Shown piece after piece: positions 1 to 7,149 of a DNA stretch of 64,000 nucleotides. The number at the start of each line of letters is the position of its first letter. Positions within the stretch are counted from its first letter, which is position 1. Location of the stretch: positions 2,046,001-2,110,000 of the forward strand of contig CM007992.1 in NCBI GenBank assembly GCA_002189035.1, written 5' to 3'. The notes beneath the pieces are model-generated. The model saw only the letters and a list, made by a program, of their open reading frames with translations, ran no database searches and was not told the DNA's origin. Both the position numbers and the translations under genes were made by a program. This DNA comes from Utricularia gibba. Lineage: Eukaryota > Plantae > Magnoliophyta.

Positions 1-239
1 GGGATGTATGCTCATTACTAAATAGGCTCATACAAACCATAAATCAAACACTTAACACACTAAAATCTAGGTCTACTCGGACTCTTGTTTTTCCCCTAAT
101 CTTTGGTCTACCTCTAATTAAGGTTGTTAAGATGGGGTTTCACTACTTCCTCCTCCTGAATCTATCCTGGTTTGTTAAGGCAGTGGCGTGATTTATGGTT
201 GATAAAGTCTAAAGAATTATTAGCATATTTCTCCCCTAT

Positions 240-1648
240 TCACCCAAGGCACCCTTTAAGTGTTTAGTCACTCATGCTTAAGGTAAATGAAAATAGAAAA
301 GGAAGCATCATCTACATTGTATTCATCTCACGGTCGACTACCAAAAAGTAAACAATTATGTTCTTTTGATTCATGGAGACATTCAATTAGATTATCAGCA
401 GAAACAATGAAGACATTCATTATGGTGATTCATGGAGACATTCAAACCTCCTACAATAGGCGGAAACAATTATGTTCTTTTGATTATTTATGATTTCAAC
501 AGAAAAATGTGGATTTATCTCGAGAGGAATAAATCAGAAGTCTATGAAATCTTCAAAGGGCTTTTGGTCATAGTCGATAAAACAAATTAGATTATCACAA
601 GGCACTTGAGATACAATAGTCATTCTTAATATGGTGAGATGTCTCCTAAATAAAATTAAATGCCTTGGGAATTTTGGAGTAATGCTACTGCTACATCAAG
701 TGCATATTTTGAATCGCATCCTCTCATGAAATGCAGTGGCCAGTGGCACTGAAGGAGGCATGGAATGGAATTAAACCGTCAGCACATATGAGAGTTTTTT
801 GATTGATTTCTTACATACATAGGCCCAATGATGAATGAATGTAAGTAGAAGATAAAGCGCGAAAATTGATGTGTAAAGTGGGAAGCTATGATCAAACCTC
901 AAGACTCATCGCTTGTTTGTCAGTGGTTTCGCTTGTCATGCAATTTGGTTAAGGCATGCTCTTCATAATCTTGATGTGGAAAGTGCGAAGCCAAGAGTGA
1001 TTCATATTGATAATAAATCTACAATTACTCTTGCTCAAAATCTATAATTCTCTATGCTCATAGTAAGTATATTGGGACTCTTTTCCATTTCATTCTAGAT
1101 TGAATGAAAGATGGGAAGATTGACTTATGTTAAGAGTGAAGATCATATAGTAGATATTTTCACTAAGTCTTTGAAGATTGAGACTTTTTTTCGTTTAAGG
1201 AATTCAATTAGAGTTAGTAAACTTCTTGTTTTAGGGAGGCTATTGAAGATACAGAAGAAAGCTGCAATTGACTGGTCTAGAAGTTTAATAGTTAGATAAG
1301 AATTAGTATGGTTGAATAATACATCAATTTGAAATACTTGAAGTAGTTTGATTGTTTGAGATAAGGATTGCCTCTTATATATTATAAATAACTCTCTTCC
1401 AATCAGCGTATATGAATATAGAAAATACTTCCAAAAAGTGTGTATTTCTCCATTTAAATTTTGTTTTTTAAGATCGTAGCAGGGTGTCTTTTCCTCTATT
1501 TTAAATCCTCTTCCAATACTTCAACCTTCAGATTTTTACACATATATGACCATGTTGATGTCAAAGATAATTATTGTTTTCCCATCAACCAGGATCATTT
1601 AATCAAAAGGTTGTATACAATACATCACATGCCATGGTCTCTTGGAAG
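240..1648 (+). pseudogene. Degraded copia pol remnant (integrase core and RNase H pieces); target of the young copia insertion
   Basis: Decayed integrase-like text (F..DFNRKMWIYL.RNKSEVYEIFKGL) near 480-580 and the RNase H end (YVKSEDHIVDIFTKSLK, ORF 1111-1299). Homologous to 56123-56893. Confidence 0.7.
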
Positions 1649-1970
1649 TGTTGGAGATCAGCCTCAATCCAAAGTTTGAAGGTGATTGGAAGCACTAATC
1701 TTGTGTCATAATGTTATATTTCAGATAAAAGGTGTTGAGTTCGAGCATGGAAGTGTTGAATTCGAGTTGTTGGGCTTTTTGTGTGTTTTCAATAATTGTG
1801 GCCCACTGTTGGGTAACCTAGGTATTGGGTATATATAAACCCTACTAGGAATGCGTGTCAATTAGGGTTTTGGTCATTCTTATTGTTCATGAGTCGTTTT
1901 TCATTCAAAGTGATCTCAGAAGCATTACCTTTTTGTTACTTCCCAAGACTCTCTTTTTCTTGCATCAACA
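1649..1970 (+). repeat. 5' LTR (322 bp)
   Basis: TGTTGGAGATC...GCATCAACA; base-for-base identical to 6704-7025. Confidence 0.98.
1771..1870 (+). promoter_or_regulatory. LTR core promoter: site II motifs, TATA box and telo-boxes (repeated at 6826-6925)
   Basis: TGGGCT 1771-1776, GGCCCA 1800-1805, TATATATAAA 1830-1839, AAACCCTA 1837-1844, TTAGGGTTT 1862-1870. Confidence 0.65.
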
Positions 1971-1982
1971 TGGTATCAGAGC
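1971..1982 (+). other. Primer-binding site (tRNA-iMet)
   Basis: TGGTATCAGAGC directly after the 5' LTR; this is the canonical plant copia PBS. Confidence 0.95.
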
Positions 1983-2088
1983 AGTAAGGTTCTCAAACCT
2001 GTGCTCGTTTCAGTATTTTATTTACCGTTCAGCGTTTTTTACTTGGTGGATTACAAAATATCAACCCAAAGCTTTTCAAGCGGTGGCT

Positions 2089-3987
2089 ATGATGGCATCT
2101 GGTAGAGGACCTCCAATATTTGATGGTTCAGGGTATGGAAGCTGGGTCAAAAAGATGCGTAGCTACCTGCGGGTCAAAAAGATTTGGGATGTTGTTGAAA
2201 GGGAGATTCCAACGATTACAATAACAAGCAAATCCACATCAGAACAGCAAGAGGAAGCTGAATATCTTCAACAGAGAAAAGATGAAGCAATGGATGCCTT
2301 GTATCAAGCCATCTCTGAACATCTATTTGATGATATTGCAGAGTGTCAATCAGCAAAAGAAATATGGGATACTCTCAAATCCCATTATGAAGGTGATGCC
2401 AAACTGAGAGAAATATTATGCAAAAACAAGTTGGAGGACTTTGAGAGGAACAAAATGTTAGACAATGAAACCATGCAAGTCTATTATGAACGTACTGCGA
2501 AGCTTGTGAAGGAGATTCGAGGATTGGGGGAAAAACTTGAGGATCAAAAGGTGATTAGCAAGGCAATCATGAGCCTACCTGCAAGATTCGAGCCAAAGTT
2601 ATGTGCATTTGAGACAGAAAGAAAAATCCTTGACATTATTGAAGGAAAGCTCCATCAGTTATATCCTGAATATCCTGTTATACCAGAGCCAACATTTAGA
2701 GAGTTCATGATTGAGTTGCAATCTACAGAAAAGAGATTGGAGCTAAGAGATGGTTATGAAGTTGAGAAAACTTATGGTGAAGCTGCTCTCCTCACCAAAA
2801 TGCAGAATATGAATATAAACTCAGGTGCAATTAACAATGTCAAGGATGTCAAATCAACAGCCATCAAACAATCACCAACGTCAATCCCCACATCAACGAT
2901 GGGCAATCAGAAGTGCAGGCATTGTGACAAATCCAACCATAAGAGTGAAGATTGTTGGACTTTAAGCACAAATGCTTGCAAGCATTGTAACAAACAGAAT
3001 CACAGGAGTGAGTTTTGTTGGTGGAAGCCTGATGCTTTGTGCACGAAATGCAATCAAAGAGGCCATCTTGACAAGGTATGTGGAATGTCAAAACCAATAA
3101 AAGTTGAGCATAACAAGAAGGCTACTTCCAGGGAAGAGAAATCACATGCATCCTTTACCTACTTTGAAGATGAGCCAGAAATATCTTTTGAAAATCCTTT
3201 TGAGTATGAGTGTGCTCTAATGACAGTAGCCTCAGATGCTAAAGGTTGGTACTTGGACTCTGGTGCCTCCTATCATGTATGTTGTGATACAAGGTCATTT
3301 CTCAAGCTTGAAAGGATTGGGAAGGAGGTAAGCACGTGCACTGGTGAAAATATTGGCATTGTGGGCAAAGGAAGCATTTTACTCTTGCTAAAAGAAGGAA
3401 TTGTTCAAGTTGATGATGTTTATTATTCACCAAACCTCAAACAGAACCTGTTGAGCTTTGGCCAATTGAGCAGGCAAGGTTTTGACATTGAGCTGATGAA
3501 GGATGCTGGTGGTATAACCACTAAAGTTAAGGTTGCTGATCCAAAAACGAAGATTGAATTCCATGCTGTGTTGATCACCTACAACCTCTACCAAATCATG
3601 GTCAGTGATCATAAAAGTTGTATTTTCTCACTTCAGGATCAAAGCAGCCTTTGGCACAAACGTTTTGGGCACTATAGCTTCAACAATTTGAAAATATTGC
3701 AGAAGAATAAGGAAGTACTGGAATTGAAAGACATCAAGTTTGCTAATGCCATATGTGAAGTGTGCCATCAAGGTAAGCAATGTAGAAAGCCATTTTATTC
3801 CAGTGATTCAGTAGCAAAGGAGAAATTAGAGCTTGTGCATACAGATGTTTGTGGACCATTTAAGGAATGTTCATTAGGGGGAGTAGATATTTTGTTACAT
3901 TCATTGATGATTATTCACGTTATTGTTGGGTTTACTTTCTTAAAAGCAAGTCAGAAGTTCATCATATCTTTCGAAAATTCAAAGTGA
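2089..3987 (+). CDS. gag: Copia polyprotein part 1: Gag (3x CCHC), aspartic protease, GAG-pre-integrase; frame lost at G run 3877-3881
   Basis: Likely start ATG at 2089 (MMASGRGPPIFDGSGY). Motifs: AKEIWDTLK, three CX2CX4HX4C, WYLDSGAS, LWHKRFGH...CEVC, LELVHTDVCGP. Confidence 0.92.
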   Translation: MMASGRGPPIFDGSGYGSWVKKMRSYLRVKKIWDVVEREIPTITITSKSTSEQQEEAEYLQQRKDEAMDALYQAISEHLFDDIAECQSAKEIWDTLKSHYEGDAKLREILCKNKLEDFERNKMLDNETMQVYYERTAKLVKEIRGLGEKLEDQKVISKAIMSLPARFEPKLCAFETERKILDIIEGKLHQLYPEYPVIPEPTFREFMIELQSTEKRLELRDGYEVEKTYGEAALLTKMQNMNINSGAINNVKDVKSTAIKQSPTSIPTSTMGNQKCRHCDKSNHKSEDCWTLSTNACKHCNKQNHRSEFCWWKPDALCTKCNQRGHLDKVCGMSKPIKVEHNKKATSREEKSHASFTYFEDEPEISFENPFEYECALMTVASDAKGWYLDSGASYHVCCDTRSFLKLERIGKEVSTCTGENIGIVGKGSILLLLKEGIVQVDDVYYSPNLKQNLLSFGQLSRQGFDIELMKDAGGITTKVKVADPKTKIEFHAVLITYNLYQIMVSDHKSCIFSLQDQSSLWHKRFGHYSFNNLKILQKNKEVLELKDIKFANAICEVCHQGKQCRKPFYSSDSVAKEKLELVHTDVCGPFKECSLGGVDILLHSLMIIHVIVGFTFLKASQKFIISFENSK

Positions 3988-6734
3988 TGATTGAGAATCA
4001 GAGTGGATGCTCTTTGAAGATGATTAGATCAGACAATGGAGGCGAATTCTACAATAATAGCATGAGAATGTTCTGTGAAAATGAGGGAATCATGCATCAA
4101 TTCACCGTACCATATTCTCCACAACAGAATGGTGTATGTGAAAGGAGAAACAGAACAATCCTTGATATGTCAAGATGTCTATTGTTTGAGAAAGATCTTC
4201 CTGTAAATTTCTGGGCTGAAGCGGTATCTACATCTGTATATCTATTGAACTTGCTTCCCTCAAGGGCGATTAGTGGAAAAACCGCGCATGAAAAATGGCA
4301 TGGTTATATTAAAAAGGTTGATCATCTCAGAATCTTTGGTAGTCTGTGTTTTACTCATGTACCAGACCAAAAACGAGGAAAACTTGATAAGAAATCTGCA
4401 TCTGATGTATTTGTTGGTTATACCAACACTACCAAGGGATATAAAGTTTATCTACCTCAACAGAAGAAATTTATCCTCAGCCACGATGTCACTTTTGATG
4501 AAGGTGCAAGGTATACTTTAATTGATGATTGCATTGCTCTGAATGATGCAGAAGCTCATAAAAGTCTTGAAAGGCATAGCACCCATGTGAAAGGAGACCT
4601 CTGGACACACATGCCTCAAAACTTCTCTTCCAGCAATTCAACAAACCAAGAAACTTCAGAACTCGTTCATGAAGATTCAAATCAAGTAAATGATCAGCAT
4701 TCAGATGAGAATTTTCCAGCTCAAGAGGAGGAGAAGGTCACAAATCAAGATGGCTCGTCCAATGAGAATTCAGAATCAAACTCTGAACCCCTATATGGAC
4801 GATCTCATCAGGCCAATGATCAACCTTCAGATGGGAATTTCGAAATCCCAGAGGAGGAGCAAGGCACGAATGTAGAAGACTCATCAACAGATGAATCTAA
4901 TGGAGAGGAACCTGATACTGATGATGAAGATTATTACCCATCTGATCGTGATTGGCAAAGGAGGAAACGCAAAAACATCAGAGATTCAATAGATAATGAA
5001 GACAGTCATGTTACTGACATCAGAAGAAGCAAAAGAAACAAGGCTCCTACAATAAGTTTCTCCAAGTTGAATGATGATGTCCAAGATGCTGTGGCTGATA
5101 TTTTGGCTGGATTATTGACAGGAGATCCAACATCATTTGAAGTGGCTGTACAAAATCCTAAATGGAGAGAGGCCATGAAGGAAGAAATGAATTCTATACT
5201 TGAAAATGAAACATGGGAATTAGTTGAGAAACCCAAGGATAGGGGTTTCAAACCTATTGGCCTCAAGTGGTTATTCAAAACCAAGATGAATGCAGATGGC
5301 TCTATCAACAAATATAAGGCTAGATTAGTAGCCAAGGGATATAGTCAGATCAAAGGAATAAATTTTCATGAGATTTTTGTACCAGTAGCAAGATTTGACA
5401 CGATTAAAGTACTTCTTGCCATCTCAGCTGCTCATGGATGGAAAGTGCATCACATGGATGTCAAGACTGCGTTCTTAAATGGTGTGTTGGAGGAGGTTGT
5501 TTTTGTTGAACAACCAAAGGGCTTCGAAGTGTCAGGTCATGAAGACAAGGTATTGAAGCTAAAGAAATCTCTCTATGGGTTGAAGCAAGCTCCTAGAGCA
5601 TGGAATGAACGCATGGATAACTTTCTCCAGGGTATTGGTTTCAGAAAAACATATAGTGATTACTCATTATATGTTAAAGGAAAAGAAGATGATCGTTTAT
5701 TTATTAGCTTATATGTGGATGATCTTATGATTACCTCAGGTAATGAAAGGAAGATTGAGGAATTCAAAGCTCTACTCAAAAATGAATTCAAGATGACTGA
5801 CCTTGGAATGATGTCCTATTATCTAGGCATGGAAATTCATCAACTTGAAGGTGTTGGAACATTCATATCTCAGAAAAAGTACTGTAATGAACTTCTTGAA
5901 AGGTTTGGGTTCAAAGATGTCAATCCTTCAAAAACGCCTTTGGATTACAAACAAGTGATTGGAGAGAACAATCAGGGAAAGAATGTGGATGCCACTACAT
6001 ATAGAAGTATGATTGGAAGCCTCATTTATCTCCAGCATACAAGGCCTGACTTGTGTTTTTGTGTAAATGTCTTATCTCGCTTCCTCAACAAACCAACAAC
6101 AACTCACATGGCAGCTGTGAAAAGAGCTTTCAGGTACATAAAATCTACTACTGATTTCGGATTGTTCTATCCCTATGAAGGTGAAAAACCAGTCTTGAAA
6201 CTTAGAGCCTACTCAGATAGTGATTATGGTATGGCTGAAGATAGCAAGAGTACATCTGGTGCACTCTTCTTCTTAAATAAGAGTCCTGTAGTCTGGTTTT
6301 CGAAGAAACAAAAAGTCGTAGCACAATCAACAGCTGAAGCAGAATACATCTCAGCAGCACATGCTTCGAACTATTGTGTTTGGTTGAGGCAGATGCTAAA
6401 CGAACTTGGATTCATACAAAAGGAAGCTACACATCTGCTTATGGATAATCGAGCTGCAATCTCCATTGCCAAAGATCCAACGAACTTCAGCAAAGCCAAG
6501 CGCATAAGAATCAGGTATCATGTCATAAGGAATTACATCAAGGAGAAGAAGATTAAAGTGCAGTATGTTGAGAGTGGGAATCAGCTTGCTGATGGGCTCA
6601 CCAAAGGTTTGAACAGAGTTCAGTTTGAGCTAGCAAGGAAGAACATGAATCTCATGACTATAGAAGACTTTCTCAAGTTGGGAGATCTCGGTCTGGGGGG
6701 GAGTGTTGGAGATCAGCCTCAATCCAAAGTTTGA
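3882..6734 (+). CDS. pol: Copia polyprotein part 2: integrase core, reverse transcriptase, RNase H
   Basis: SRYFVTFIDDYSR, IRSDNGGEF, QQNGVCERRNRT (integrase DDE); KARLVAKGY, LYGLKQAPRAW, YVDDL (RT); AYSDSDY, TAEAEY, MDNRAA, NQLADGLTK (RNase H). No internal stops. Confidence 0.95.
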   Translation, partial: SRYFVTFIDDYSRYCWVYFLKSKSEVHHIFRKFKVMIENQSGCSLKMIRSDNGGEFYNNSMRMFCENEGIMHQFTVPYSPQQNGVCERRNRTILDMSRCLLFEKDLPVNFWAEAVSTSVYLLNLLPSRAISGKTAHEKWHGYIKKVDHLRIFGSLCFTHVPDQKRGKLDKKSASDVFVGYTNTTKGYKVYLPQQKKFILSHDVTFDEGARYTLIDDCIALNDAEAHKSLERHSTHVKGDLWTHMPQNFSSSNSTNQETSELVHEDSNQVNDQHSDENFPAQEEEKVTNQDGSSNENSESNSEPLYGRSHQANDQPSDGNFEIPEEEQGTNVEDSSTDESNGEEPDTDDEDYYPSDRDWQRRKRKNIRDSIDNEDSHVTDIRRSKRNKAPTISFSKLNDDVQDAVADILAGLLTGDPTSFEVAVQNPKWREAMKEEMNSILENETWELVEKPKDRGFKPIGLKWLFKTKMNADGSINKYKARLVAKGYSQIKGINFHEIFVPVARFDTIKVLLAISAAHGWKVHHMDVKTAFLNGVLEEVVFVEQPKGFEVSGHEDKVLKLKKSLYGLKQAPRAWNERMDNFLQGIGFRKTYSDYSLYVKGKEDDRLFISLYVDDLMITSGNERKIEEFKALLKNEFKMTDLGMMSYYLGMEIHQLEGVGTFISQKKYCNELLERFGFKDVNPSKTPLDYKQVIGENNQGKNVDATTYRSMIGSLIYLQHTRPDLCFCVNVLSRFLNKPTTTHMAAVKRAFRYIKSTTDFGLFYPYEGEKPVLKLRAYSDSDYGMAEDSKSTSGALFFLNKSPVVWFSKKQKVVAQSTAEAEYISAAHASNYCVWLRQMLNELGFIQKEATHLLMDNRAAISIAKDPTNFSKAKRIRIRYHVIRNYIKEKKIKVQYVESGNQLADGLTKGLNRVQFELARKNMNLMTIEDFLKLGDLGLGGSVGDQPQSKV
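6695..6703 (+). other. Polypurine tract
   Basis: GGGGGGGAG immediately before the TG of the 3' LTR. Confidence 0.9.
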
Positions 6735-7025
6735 AGGTGATTGGAAGCACTAATCTTGTGTCATAATGTTATATTTCAGATAAAAGGTGTTGAGTTCGAG
6801 CATGGAAGTGTTGAATTCGAGTTGTTGGGCTTTTTGTGTGTTTTCAATAATTGTGGCCCACTGTTGGGTAACCTAGGTATTGGGTATATATAAACCCTAC
6901 TAGGAATGCGTGTCAATTAGGGTTTTGGTCATTCTTATTGTTCATGAGTCGTTTTTCATTCAAAGTGATCTCAGAAGCATTACCTTTTTGTTACTTCCCA
7001 AGACTCTCTTTTTCTTGCATCAACA
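6704..7025 (+). repeat. 3' LTR (322 bp)
   Basis: Identical to 1649-1970 and followed by TSD GGAAG. Confidence 0.98.
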
Positions 7026-7149
7026 GGAAGTTGTTCTTGGATTTTGTAAAAGTGAAGGCTGTTTATTCCAACTTGTTTCCATAATGTAATTTTTTTTTTC
7101 ATTGAAGTATTTTTTTCTTAAGTGAAGTTGATTGCTGATTTCTTCTATC

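Larger units (their letters stand above)
1649..7025 (+). mobile_element. Full-length Ty1/copia LTR retrotransposon, 5377 bp (Ivana/Oryco-like by size and RT, inferred)
   Basis: Identical TG...CA LTRs, TSD GGAAG at 1644-1648 and 7026-7030, PBS, PPT, and gag-PR-INT-RT-RH domain order. Confidence 0.98.

Noticed and set aside
1643-1653. Target-LTR junction TGGAAGTGTTG also occurs inside the LTR (1748-1758)
   Set aside because: Only 6 bases beyond the TGTTG terminus. There is no known homology-guided copia integration, and the paralogous empty site differs there; treated as coincidence.
1461-1679. 72-aa ORF ending in SVGDQPQSKV like pol
   Set aside because: Chance fusion of flanking DNA with the 5' LTR copy of the pol stop region.
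1732-1766. Possible heat-shock element in the LTR (GTTCGAG...GGAAG...GAATTC), as in ONSEN
   Set aside because: The spacing does not give three correctly phased nGAAn units.
1855-2088. 78-codon N-terminal extension of the ORF track's 710-aa protein
   Set aside because: It starts at a GTG inside the LTR and crosses the PBS; Gag similarity begins at ATG 2089.
5006-5335. Antisense ORFs within the young copia (also 2864-3097, 3427-3612, 4489-4680)
   Set aside because: Short shadows of the long sense ORFs with no independent signal.
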